DNA of 39,789 nt from Armatimonadota bacterium (GTDB lineage Bacteria > Armatimonadota > Abditibacteriia > CG2-30-59-28). The translations under genes and the position numbers were made by a program. The notes below the pieces were generated by a model that saw only the letters and a list, made by a program, of their open reading frames with translations, searched no databases and was not told where the DNA came from. Where the stretch lies: assembly GCA_016199605.1 (NCBI GenBank), contig JACQGJ010000414.1, forward strand, positions 1 to 39,789, in the 5' to 3' direction. Positions 8,471-16,917 of the stretch are shown one piece after another; the first letter of the stretch is position 1, and each line of letters starts with the position of its first letter.

Positions 8471-10033
8471 TCACTGCCCCAGCGGTTTCATCGTGCAGGC
8501 AATCTGAAACTCGAAACGTTGTTGCCCCTCGGATTTCCCACCCGCGGATACAACCGCGGTCGTCGAGCGGCTATTGACGAGTCGGACTTCCGAAAACAGC
8601 CCCAGGTCCTCAAAGGTCCTCAAGGTGGCGGCGATATCCTCACTCGCCGGCGCGAGACCGTTCACGGTCACTTCCTTGTCCGTCTCACCCACCATCTCTG
8701 TAAACCAAACGTTTTTCGGTAGTTTGAGACTCAACCGACGAAGGGTTTCCAGCCATAGGTAGCTGCTGCGTCTGGCGTCTCGCGCCAAGGCCTCGATTTG
8801 CCTGGTATCGTTGAGCAATGGTTGAGAGCCCTTCTTGTCGGGCAGCGTCTGGCGCAATCGGTCCACCTGAGCTTCCAGGCCGTGCAGGCGATCTCTATTG
8901 AGGCCCAAATGCCGGTCGTAGGTTCGCCAGCCTGCCCAGGCAAGGCTGCCCAGAAGGAGAATCCCCAGAAAGACCCACGACCTCCGTCCCTGGCGCAATC
9001 GCCGAGAGGTCTGCTGGCTTCTTAAGAGATTGACCGACAGCCCCACGCCTTCGGTCTGAAGGGCAGCCGCAGTCGCCACGAAATACCGTTCCGGGTCGTC
9101 GATCGACACCCGGGACGAGCCTGACCTCACTGTAGAGGTGGCCCGGTGTCCAAGACTAACGGGCATATCTCGCCAGGGGTCCGCGAGGACCGTAGGCAAA
9201 ACCGTTCCCTCCGGCCCCAGCAACCCGCCGTTCATCTCTTTCAGGACTTCCTGGGCTTTCCTCCCGATCACCACGCATCCCTGAAGACTCCGGTCTTTCG
9301 TTGAAGAGCGGTATCCCATGAGAGTGCGACGCGCTTCCGCAACCAGTTGTTTGGGTGAGGTGGGTTCCACCGTTCTTGTAAGAAAAGTTCCCCCGCCATC
9401 ATAGACCGTCAGCGTGGCCTGGTTCGTATCAGCGTTCAGGATACTAACGGGAGATCCATCATCACTGCCGCCATTGCCGCTTTTCTGCGGCCACCAACGG
9501 GAGGCCAGATCTGCCGCCGCGAGAGAGCCCACCGTACAACTGGCCCTGCCACCGTCTACACTTTCAATGTAGGGCCGGGCGGCTTCGAAGTCCTCTTTCC
9601 TGACCATGGCGACCAACACCGGCGCCATCTTCTCTTCGCCTGTTTCGCCGACGGCAGACTTCTGTTCGGTCAACTGGCAGAAATCAGTCTGTAGATCGTG
9701 AGTTGGGAAGGGCACGTGTCGCTGCAGCTCGTATTGCAGCATCTGGCGGAGCGTCTCGGGCTCTGCGTGGGGCAGTTTCACTATTCGGGTGGCCGTGGAG
9801 GGGAAGGAGAGGCAAAAGTTCACCTTCAGCTTGCCCGCTGCAAGGCCAGTGCGGCTCGCGGCCTGTTTCAGGAAACCTCTGAGAGCGCGCACGGTCCGTT
9901 CCGGCTCCGGTCCCTCCGCAGGGAAGCACGCCACGTCGAGAACCTCCGCCGCACCGTTGTCGCGGCGTAAAGCCACCGCCCGGATCTCCTCGGGGGTTAT
10001 CTCAACACCCACTGTTACTTGATTACGAGCCAT
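8471..10033 (-). CDS. type IV pilus assembly protein, PilM-PilN fusion
   Basis: 520 aa. The N-terminal ~330 aa is actin/PilM-like (VGVEITPEEIRAVAL.., QMLQYELQRHVPFP). Then comes a VNLLRSQQ motif (PilN N-terminal INLLP-type peptide), a TM segment (SWVFLGILLLGSLAWAGW) and a PilN-like C-terminal domain. Confidence 0.7.
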   Translation of the reverse strand: MARNQVTVGVEITPEEIRAVALRRDNGAAEVLDVACFPAEGPEPERTVRALRGFLKQAASRTGLAAGKLKVNFCLSFPSTATRIVKLPHAEPETLRQMLQYELQRHVPFPTHDLQTDFCQLTEQKSAVGETGEEKMAPVLVAMVRKEDFEAARPYIESVDGGRASCTVGSLAAADLASRWWPQKSGNGGSDDGSPVSILNADTNQATLTVYDGGGTFLTRTVEPTSPKQLVAEARRTLMGYRSSTKDRSLQGCVVIGRKAQEVLKEMNGGLLGPEGTVLPTVLADPWRDMPVSLGHRATSTVRSGSSRVSIDDPERYFVATAAALQTEGVGLSVNLLRSQQTSRRLRQGRRSWVFLGILLLGSLAWAGWRTYDRHLGLNRDRLHGLEAQVDRLRQTLPDKKGSQPLLNDTRQIEALARDARRSSYLWLETLRRLSLKLPKNVWFTEMVGETDKEVTVNGLAPASEDIAATLRTFEDLGLFSEVRLVNSRSTTAVVSAGGKSEGQQRFEFQIACTMKPLGQ

Positions 10034-10045
10034 AGTAACGTACCA

Positions 10046-11272
10046 TCAACTGCCAGAGACAAGGCGAAACGTCTCCCTGGCGATGACCAACTCCTCATTG
10101 GCCAGCACGACCACGATTTGCACCGGCGAGCCGTCTCGGGAGATGATTCCTTCCTCTCCTCGCCGATTGTTCTTGCTCGGGTCCAGGTGAATCCCGAGAC
10201 ACTCCAGACCGCGACAGAGGCTCTCCCTTACAGCGATACCATTCTCTCCGATTCCGCCGGTAAATGCAAGCACATCGAACCCTTCCAGGATTGCCGTGTA
10301 TGCGCCGATGTATTTCTTCGTTTCATGAACGAAGACCCTCAAAGCGAGAGCAGCGCGGTGATTTCCCGCCGCGGCCGCTTCTTCGAGATCACGGACATCG
10401 CCACTCAACCCCGAGATACCTTTGAGTCCGCCGTTCTTTGACAAGGCGGAGCGAATGTCGTCGGTGGAAAGTCCCTCCTTTTCCATCATATACAGGATGA
10501 TGAACGGGTCGAGGTCGCCGTTGCGAGTGGCATTGGGCAGACCGGATTGCGGCGAGAACCCCATGCTGATGTCTACGGACTCGCCGTTCCTGATGGCGCA
10601 GATACTGGAGCTGCCGCCGAGGTGGCAGGAGATGATTTTCAACTCCTCACGGTTGCCTCCAACCAACTCGGGCGCCCGGTGGGACACATACCGGTGAGAA
10701 GCTCCATGAAAGCCGTACCGACGGATCGCGTGCTTCTCGGTCCATTCGTATGGAATCCCGTAGGTCCGCGCGTGGTCCGGGATCGTCTTGTGAAACGCGG
10801 GCTCAAACACACCGACCAGTGGTTTCCCGGGAAGGAGGTCCTGGAAGATTCGGAAGGCCTCGATGTAGGGAGGATTGTGCGCCGGGGCCAGAGGCGTGTA
10901 TTCCTCCATGGCCTGGATACCTTCCTCCGTGATGAACACCGCATCGGCGATGCCTTTTGCGTGCACCGGCTTGAAGCCGACGGCATCGAGGTCATTGAGG
11001 TCCGACAGGACTCCTGACACCGGATCGGTCAGGAGCTGGAGGACGTGCTCGATCGCCGCCCGCTGGTTGGGCGCTTCGATGTTTTTCTCAAGCTTCGCCT
11101 CGTCGCCGCGATGGTAAGTAAACGGCGAGGAGGCGCCGCCGACCCTCTCCACCTTGCCGACCGCCAGCAATGCCTCCCGCGGCATTTCGAAGAGCCGGAA
11201 TTTGAGGGAGGTTGAACCGACGTTAACGACTAAGAGTTTCACGGTGATTTCCTGGGATACATTGTCGGCCAT
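10046..11272 (-). CDS. ackA: acetate (acetate/propionate-family) kinase
   Basis: LLVVNVGSTSLKFRLFE.., ISCHLGGSSSICAIRNGESVDISMGFSPQSGLPNATRNGDLDP. The track start is TTG 11275; ATG 11272 is the likely start. Confidence 0.9.
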   Translation of the reverse strand: MADNVSQEITVKLLVVNVGSTSLKFRLFEMPREALLAVGKVERVGGASSPFTYHRGDEAKLEKNIEAPNQRAAIEHVLQLLTDPVSGVLSDLNDLDAVGFKPVHAKGIADAVFITEEGIQAMEEYTPLAPAHNPPYIEAFRIFQDLLPGKPLVGVFEPAFHKTIPDHARTYGIPYEWTEKHAIRRYGFHGASHRYVSHRAPELVGGNREELKIISCHLGGSSSICAIRNGESVDISMGFSPQSGLPNATRNGDLDPFIILYMMEKEGLSTDDIRSALSKNGGLKGISGLSGDVRDLEEAAAAGNHRAALALRVFVHETKKYIGAYTAILEGFDVLAFTGGIGENGIAVRESLCRGLECLGIHLDPSKNNRRGEEGIISRDGSPVQIVVVLANEELVIARETFRLVSGS

Positions 11273-11306
11273 CAAGCGCTGCCACGCGGCCGGAGGTATT
11301 CGTTAG

Positions 11307-11448
11307 TACTACAACCGCACTGCGTCATTCTGAGGAACGGAGTGACGAAGAATCTCGGTTTCCGAGTGGCGAATCGGGCGACGGGTCGAGATTCTTCACT
11401 CCCTCTGGTCGTTCAGAATGACGTTTTCGACGAAGTGCGGTTGTAGTA
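11307..11448. repeat. ~142-bp imperfect palindromic element (REP/MITE-like long hairpin)
   Basis: The outer arms TACTACAACCGCACT (11307-11321) and AGTGCGGTTGTAGTA (11434-11448) are perfect complements. Inner paired blocks are CGTCATTCTGA / TCAGAATGACG and GAAGAATCTCG / CGAGATTCTTC. The core resembles the cattctga..gaatctc palindromic repeats common in many bacterial genomes (recalled, not searched). Confidence 0.6.
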
Positions 11449-11491
11449 TCAGGGAGGAAAGATGCTCCCTTGTCTGAAGGGTCAATACAGT

Positions 11492-12262
11492 TCACGTTCC
11501 TTTCCTTTTCTTCGAGGACAATCGTTGCGCAAACGAGGCATGTTCTTTGGATGCGATACCTTTTTGCAGCACCGCCAGCACCCGCGCCATGTCACCTTGA
11601 AACAATGCGTTGACATCGAGATGCAGCCCGGGGAAAACCTGGCTGTGCAGAATTCCCGATTCATCCGCCAGCAGGGGAACATATTCCCCTTCCTTCAGCG
11701 CAAACCAGTCGATGCGCCGGTCCTCCACCTGCCACACCAGGTATTCCTGCACCTCATTGCGGCGGTACACTCGCAACTTGTCGTGCAGGTCGATGGAAAC
11801 GCTGCTGGGAGCAATCTCCACGATCAGTTCAGGAGGCCCTTCCAGGTAATCATCGCTCGTTACCAGAGCACTCCCGCCCAACGCGTGCTCCAGCCGCAGA
11901 AGAGCGTCAGGCTGGAATTCATTCTCCGCGTCCAGTCGAACGGTGGCATTGTCAGCCAGGTAGACACCTGGGGTTTCGGCGACGTAAACCGCCAGCCATC
12001 CCATGACGTTTCCATGAGGCTGAGCGTGCTTTTCGAGACGTACGGGCGACGGCATGTGAACCACTCCTTCTATCAATTCGGCTTTCTTCAGGGTCGGCAT
12101 GGTCTCGTACCGCCGCTCAAACTCCTGTCGGGTCAGCCGGTCGCCGTTCTCCAACCGCGGCGTCCTTGTCGCCGCTTGTCGCGGGGCGCGCAAGCGGTTT
12201 GTCCCCAGCCGTGCGGGAAGTTTCCGGGTTGTCCTTTTGCTTGTGGGTTCTTTGATTGGCAT
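11492..12262 (-). CDS. Uma2-family (DUF820) putative restriction-endonuclease-like protein
   Basis: 256 aa. Carries ..AELIEGVVHMPSP..QPDALLRLEH..PPELIVEIAPSSVSIDLHDKLRVYRRNEVQEYLVWQVEDRRIDWF..PGLHLDVNALF, i.e. PD-(D/E)xK-like Uma2 motifs, with a basic N-terminal extension. Confidence 0.82.
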   Translation of the reverse strand: MPIKEPTSKRTTRKLPARLGTNRLRAPRQAATRTPRLENGDRLTRQEFERRYETMPTLKKAELIEGVVHMPSPVRLEKHAQPHGNVMGWLAVYVAETPGVYLADNATVRLDAENEFQPDALLRLEHALGGSALVTSDDYLEGPPELIVEIAPSSVSIDLHDKLRVYRRNEVQEYLVWQVEDRRIDWFALKEGEYVPLLADESGILHSQVFPGLHLDVNALFQGDMARVLAVLQKGIASKEHASFAQRLSSKKRKGT

Positions 12263-12373
12263 GACACCACATCCCTTGTCAGCTTGTTTCGCAGCTCATT
12301 TCCATCGCCCTGCATTATACACCACCGTTCACATTTGCCGAAAGAGATTCAGCGCAACGTGAGCGGCGGCAAG

Positions 12374-13279
12374 CTATCTGGCACTTACCACCAACATCCC
12401 AATCGCTATCGACCGGATTTTCGTCTCCGGTGTCTCGGCGCGGGAAAGGAGGATGAGCGGAGCCTTGGCGCCGATGACAACCCCGCCGGACTCGCCTCCT
12501 GCAAAGTAGAGAATCGCACGGTAAAGAATGTTGGCGGCTTCGATGTCGGGCGCCACGAAGATATCGGTGTTCTCTACCAGCGGACTCTCGATGCCCTTTC
12601 GATCCGCGGCGAAGCGACTGAGAGGCACATCCATCGCGATGGGACCTTCGATGTAAGCCCCTTTGATCTGCCCTCGGCGGTTCATCAAGGTCAGCGCCGC
12701 CGCATCGACCGTTGCCGGCATGTCTTGATTGACGAACTCCAGAGCGCACAAGGCGGCGAGGTTCGGCTTCTCAATTCCGATGGCGTGCGCGACTTCGATG
12801 GCGTTACGGCAGATTTCGGCTTTCTGTTCGAGAGACGGGGCAATGTTGATGGCGGCGTCCGTCATAATCATCAAACGGTCAAAGCCGGGAACCTGGAACA
12901 CGATCACCTGGCTCAGCATCCTTCCGGTACGAAGCCCGCTTTCTCGATCAAGCACCGCGCGTATGAGCGTCGCCGTGCTGATTTTGCCTTTCATCAGAAG
13001 ATCCGCCTGCCCCTCGCGAACGAGGGCAATCGCTTGTCGCGCTGCTGCTGCATCGTCCGGCTCATTCAGGATCTGCGCGGCAGGAATCTCGAACCCGACC
13101 TCTCTCGCCAGCGTGTGAATCTTCTCGGCATTCCCCACAAAGATCCCTTCGGCGAGGCCAATCTCCTTCGCCTGCTTCAAGGCTTCGATCACGTCAGGAT
13201 CATGCCCGGCAGCGACGGCAATCTTCGCTGGCCCCCGTTGTTGTGCAGCGCTGACTAACTCACTTAACTGGTGGTACAT
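12374..13279 (-). CDS. ptb: phosphate butyryltransferase / phosphate acetyltransferase family (PTA_PTB)
   Basis: 301 aa. ..KIAVAAGHDPDVIEALKQA..LLMKGKISTATL..MIMTDAAINIAPSLEQK..NTDIFVAPDIEAANILYR... ATG 13279 has GAGGAG 8 nt upstream. Confidence 0.85.
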   Translation of the reverse strand: MYHQLSELVSAAQQRGPAKIAVAAGHDPDVIEALKQAKEIGLAEGIFVGNAEKIHTLAREVGFEIPAAQILNEPDDAAAARQAIALVREGQADLLMKGKISTATLIRAVLDRESGLRTGRMLSQVIVFQVPGFDRLMIMTDAAINIAPSLEQKAEICRNAIEVAHAIGIEKPNLAALCALEFVNQDMPATVDAAALTLMNRRGQIKGAYIEGPIAMDVPLSRFAADRKGIESPLVENTDIFVAPDIEAANILYRAILYFAGGESGGVVIGAKAPLILLSRAETPETKIRSIAIGMLVVSAR

Positions 13280-14048
13280 TCACAGATCTCCTCTTTTGGA
13301 TGCTTCTGAAGCGCCAGCGGCTCAAACCACGGTCACTCTTTTGCCGGCGGGATTTCCCTTCGGTGAAGTCGACAGTCACGGGCGTGGTTTCACCAGCAAC
13401 GACGGTCACCGAGACCTCCCCTGTGGAGATAAGCCCGAAGGGGGGCATGGATGTGAAGGCCGCAACCCCCAAGATATAGACCCCCGGCACCAACCCCATC
13501 AGCTTGTATGGGTTCTTGGGGGTGAGGATGTCAATGCTCCCCGGAGCAAGTCCGACTTCGTAAGAGACAGCCCCCGGAGCCCCAATGAACGTGACTTCGA
13601 CTGTCCCCAAGGTCTCGCCTGAGACTACCTCTACCTGTGCACTTCGACTATCGTTGCCGCCGGATCCCGTGACTTCACCCTCGACGGTGTAGACCCCTGT
13701 CAAGTTCGGGATCGGGTAGCCGACCACGCCTGTGAACTGAGGTGTTGTACCGAACCCTCGTGAGTAGATACTTGCACTCGCACCATCAGGCCGGGTCACC
13801 CAGATAGAAACTGACTCTCCCCCAGTGACCGAAAAAGACACGAGCAGCGTGTCACCCGGAACGTACCTCTTATATGCGCTTCCAGCAAACGCGATTTCGA
13901 AGGACTCGAACTGGCCACTCGATCCAAGAATGCCGGTGGGATCCTCAAATCCCCCGCCAGCGCATCCGGTCAAGAGGACGGCGGCAAAGCCAGTCCCCAA
14001 GAGGGACGCCATGATGAGGCGACTGCTCCTTTCCCCCATCCTGCCCAC
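13260..14048 (-). CDS. hypothetical lipoprotein (beta-rich, Ig/carboxypeptidase-regulatory-like repeats)
   Basis: Lipobox AAVLLTGC after a basic n-region, followed by beta-strand-rich Thr/Val/Gly sequence. The track start is GTG 14048; ATG 14039 is equally plausible. The 3' end overlaps the ptb start by 20 nt. Confidence 0.55.
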   Translation of the reverse strand: MGRMGERSSRLIMASLLGTGFAAVLLTGCAGGGFEDPTGILGSSGQFESFEIAFAGSAYKRYVPGDTLLVSFSVTGGESVSIWVTRPDGASASIYSRGFGTTPQFTGVVGYPIPNLTGVYTVEGEVTGSGGNDSRSAQVEVVSGETLGTVEVTFIGAPGAVSYEVGLAPGSIDILTPKNPYKLMGLVPGVYILGVAAFTSMPPFGLISTGEVSVTVVAGETTPVTVDFTEGKSRRQKSDRGLSRWRFRSIQKRRSVNVPPVK

Positions 14049-14055
14049 GATCCTT

Positions 14056-14276
14056 TCAGCAAAGGAGTTGCTCGGGATAAGTGAACGCGTCGGTCATGCA
14101 CATGCTGGCACGACACGAAGAATCAACTAAAGACCTATCTCTGGCCGGGGAGGATTGGGAGTCGTCGCCGTGATGCTTCCCTCGGCCACGATGGGATGTT
14201 CGCCTCCGTTGTGCGGTGCAGCAAAACCGGCAGGTCTCAGGCGACGAACAAGCTCGTGCCAGTTCACCGGTGGCAT
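14056..14276 (-). pseudogene. HicA-like toxin remnant (premature TAG plus frame change)
   Basis: A 49-codon ORF below the track cutoff runs from ATG 14276 to TAG 14127: MPPVNWHELVRRLRPAGFAAPHNGGEHPIVAEGSITATTPNPPRPEIGL*. It resembles the N-terminal two thirds of HicA-family toxins as I recall them. The expected tail seems to continue after the TAG (LILR..) and then in another frame (..RASMCMTDAFTYPEQLLC*, stop 14056). Confidence 0.4.
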
Positions 14277-14533
14277 CTTCGGTGTGCACTTTGACCTCGC
14301 GCTGAGGTGCGATACCGTGATTCCTCAATCCCGGAATTCGAAGTCCTTTTTGCAGGCGTAACACGATCCATTCCGCGAGGACCTCCCGCAGTTCCTTCCG
14401 GCATTCCTCCAGCGTCTTGCCTGTTGCCCATGCGCCGCGCAATTCTCGGACCTCGCCATAGAAAGGCGCGTCGTCCTCGATCATTTCGTACCGGGCGCGC
14501 GGCTGAGGCTAATTCATTTAGGTAGTGGAACAT
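14277..14533 (-). pseudogene. HicB-family antitoxin-like gene, apparently frameshifted near its 5' end
   Basis: From ATG 14533 the frame reads MFHYLNELASAA... The antitoxin-like sequence continues in the neighbouring frame: ..ARYEMIEDDAPFYGEVRELRGAWATGKTLEECRKELREVLAEWIVLRLQKGLRIPGL.. (track ORF 14056..14484). Deleting one base in the GC run around 14491-14503 joins them. That frame then has no stop until 14056. Confidence 0.45.
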
Positions 14534-15071
14534 ACTTGTCTTGTCCTCCGCCTATAGGTTGTATGGTTCCCGTTTTCCCTCCACAGGCGCGAGCGGCTCC
14601 GATCAGAATCATGGTTGTTTGGTCCGTAACCGTTTCTCCTGACTTGCTGTGAGAGGCCACACTGCTCATGATTAGCGGCTCTCCATCTCGCAGCAGCAGC
14701 GATGTTTTCGCCAGACGTTGAGATACGCCTTGCTGTTTTCTTGTGGTCATGCGGACTTCAGCATCGACCGACAGTTTGTTGGAGTCCACGATGCGAACTG
14801 TCACATCAACATTCAAGTCGCATCCTTCTTTTGCGTCGGTCTTCGTTTGGATAGAGGCTGGTATTCCATCCATGGTCATCACACTTGGTTCGCTCAATGC
14901 TTTCGCTGTTCCAGTCTTCACGTCCAATTCAACCACTTTGAAGAACACCGTGATGTACTGCGGCGTCTCTTCGGCGGGAGCCGACGCCAATGAACCCGAG
15001 AGAGCTACCAACAACACGACAACTCCGAGTGAGGTTCCCCATCCGACGGTACGCGTAATCCCTTGAGCCAT
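14514..15071 (-). CDS. small exported protein with secretin-core-like sequence pattern
   Basis: 185 aa. Signal-like N-terminus (GTSLGVVVLLVALSGSLASA). The following blocks resemble the secretin domain core: ITVFFKVVELD, LSEPSVMTMDGIPASIQ, LNVDVTVRIVDSNKLSVDAEV, TSLLLRDGEPLIMSSV, TTMILIGA. The CDS call is firmer than the family call. Confidence 0.5.
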   Translation of the reverse strand: MAQGITRTVGWGTSLGVVVLLVALSGSLASAPAEETPQYITVFFKVVELDVKTGTAKALSEPSVMTMDGIPASIQTKTDAKEGCDLNVDVTVRIVDSNKLSVDAEVRMTTRKQQGVSQRLAKTSLLLRDGEPLIMSSVASHSKSGETVTDQTTMILIGAARACGGKTGTIQPIGGGQDKYVPLPK

Positions 15072-15130
15072 TTCAATCCCTCCTGATGAAAAAGTTGGTG
15101 TGCATGAATGGAGTAAGGCGCAGTCCGCCC

Positions 15131-16351
15131 TTACGAGCCCAACACCGCCTTCACAATCTCGCCAAACTCCGAGTCCGTCAGGAGTCGTTTATTGTCAATG
15201 GCCGCCTGCTTCACCTTCGCGACGATCTCGAGCACCTGTTCCGGTGTCGCCTGTTTGCCGCTCTCTTCGAGCTTCTCCTCCACATTGGCAAGTCCGCAGC
15301 CTTTGCCCAGCTCAATCTGAACGCCGGGCCGACCAACCAGCTCAGGAAGGAACGGGATGTACTCGCAAGGCTCCACGTTCTTGCAGCGACGATGGAACAT
15401 TGCAACGATGCCGGACTCGATGTTGTAGAGCATGTCGCCAACGATCGGGCGATTTGGGGGCAGCTCGATATTGGATAGCCCCTGAACCAGCTTGGACAGA
15501 TCATACAGGACTTCCGTCTTGATGCCGAGGTCGACTCCATACATGCACAGAAGCGCCATGACTGTGTCTTCGAGAGGGACGTTGCCGGCGCGTTCACCGA
15601 TGGCAGAAACGGTCACATGCGCCACCGAAGCGCCGTTCGCCAGAGCGGCGAGAGTGTTGGCAACACCCAGGTCGAAGTCCTGGTGACAGTGAATCTCGAT
15701 GGGTTTGTTGAACCGCTCCTTCAGTTTTCGGACCACCATGGCAATGGCTTGCGGCGTTGTCCCCCCGAAGGAATCGGCAAGGGTCAGCGAGTCCATGTGC
15801 CCCTCGGTCGCCACCTTCTCGATCAAATCCATGTACTGGTTGAGATCGGAACGAGTGCTGTCGATGGTGAAGAACACCGTGTAAAGCCCCGCTTCTTTCG
15901 CTGCGAGAGTAGTGTCGATGGACGACTTGATCGCCCAGTCCATGCCCTTCCCATAGGCGTTCTTGATGATGTGATCGCTGGAGGGGATTTCGGTGATGAT
16001 TCCCGTAACCCCACACTCCTGCGCCAGCTTGACATCGGCTGGGATGCACCGAGCGAACGAGAAAATCTCGGAAGAGATCCCAAGACTAACAATATCCTTG
16101 ATCGCTGCTTCGTCGTCAGCGGACACGGCGGGCATGCCCGCTTCGATCCTGTGAACGCCGGCTTCCGCCAGTTTCCGGGCAATTGCGACTTTCTCCTCAC
16201 GACGGAATACGATGCCGGTCTGCTGCTCTCCGTCTCTAAGGGTCACGTCATGGATCTTGATCTTGTCCGCGAAGTGAAATTGGTCGCGGACTTCCGGCTC
16301 GAAATTCCACGGACTCGTAAACCAGCGGTCCGTCTTCCAGGGTTGACTCAT
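15131..16351 (-). CDS. HMGL-like pyruvate carboxyltransferase-domain enzyme (2-isopropylmalate/homocitrate/citramalate synthase family)
   Basis: IKIHDVTLRDGEQQTGIVF.., IEIHCHQDFDLGVANTLAALANGA... I start it at ATG 16351 (GGAGG 6 nt upstream) rather than at the longest-ORF start, 16456. Confidence 0.8.
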   Translation of the reverse strand: MSQPWKTDRWFTSPWNFEPEVRDQFHFADKIKIHDVTLRDGEQQTGIVFRREEKVAIARKLAEAGVHRIEAGMPAVSADDEAAIKDIVSLGISSEIFSFARCIPADVKLAQECGVTGIITEIPSSDHIIKNAYGKGMDWAIKSSIDTTLAAKEAGLYTVFFTIDSTRSDLNQYMDLIEKVATEGHMDSLTLADSFGGTTPQAIAMVVRKLKERFNKPIEIHCHQDFDLGVANTLAALANGASVAHVTVSAIGERAGNVPLEDTVMALLCMYGVDLGIKTEVLYDLSKLVQGLSNIELPPNRPIVGDMLYNIESGIVAMFHRRCKNVEPCEYIPFLPELVGRPGVQIELGKGCGLANVEEKLEESGKQATPEQVLEIVAKVKQAAIDNKRLLTDSEFGEIVKAVLGS

Positions 16352-16590
16352 GCAGGTCCTCCTTCGAAATTGAAACGTCGTCAATTTAGCTTCTGCCGAC
16401 GAATTCGTCAAGAGGAACCACCTTGCGCATGGATCACGCCCTTCGGGAAAACTCATAGGGACGCGAGCTTGTTGGGCTTTCGTGCTCGCAAGCCCCAGTG
16501 CGGCCCCGTCTTGTCAAAACGCTCGGTTGTGGCTACAATGACACCGTGAAATCCGGCTTATGCCGGTAGGTTTGGACGAGGTGATGTGTA

Positions 16591-16890
16591 GTGCCGACGT
16601 ACGAGTATGCGTGCAAGAAATGCGGAAACCAATTCGAAGTGTGGCAAAGCGCAAACGAGGAGCCTGTCAAGAGATGTGTCGTGAAAGGCTGCCGAGGCAC
16701 GGTGCAGAAGGTCTTTCACCCCGTCGGGATCATCTTCAAAGGAAGTGGGTGGCATATCACCGACTATAGCCGGAACGGTAATGGAGGAGAATCCAAGTCG
16801 GAGACCGCCGAGAAAACGGAGAAGACCGAGAAAGCTGAAAAGAAGAAGGACGAAGCCGTGGCGACAGCGAAAACCAGTACGGAGGAGTGA
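16591..16890 (+). CDS. FmdB-family zinc-ribbon protein (CxxC..CxxC)
   Basis: GTG start with GAGGTGA 6 nt upstream. MPTYEYACKKCGNQFEVWQSANEEPVKRCVVKGCRGTVQKVFH.. followed by a Lys/Glu-rich tail. Confidence 0.85.
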   Translation: MPTYEYACKKCGNQFEVWQSANEEPVKRCVVKGCRGTVQKVFHPVGIIFKGSGWHITDYSRNGNGGESKSETAEKTEKTEKAEKKKDEAVATAKTSTEE

Positions 16891-16917
16891 CCTGAGCTCC
16901 CGGAGTGGTGGAGCGTT

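Noticed and set aside
11462-13258. 598-aa plus-strand ORF, the longest plus ORF in this region
   Set aside because: It lies entirely antisense to the clearly recognisable Uma2 and Ptb genes. The composition is low-complexity and Arg-rich with no motifs, so it is a shadow ORF.
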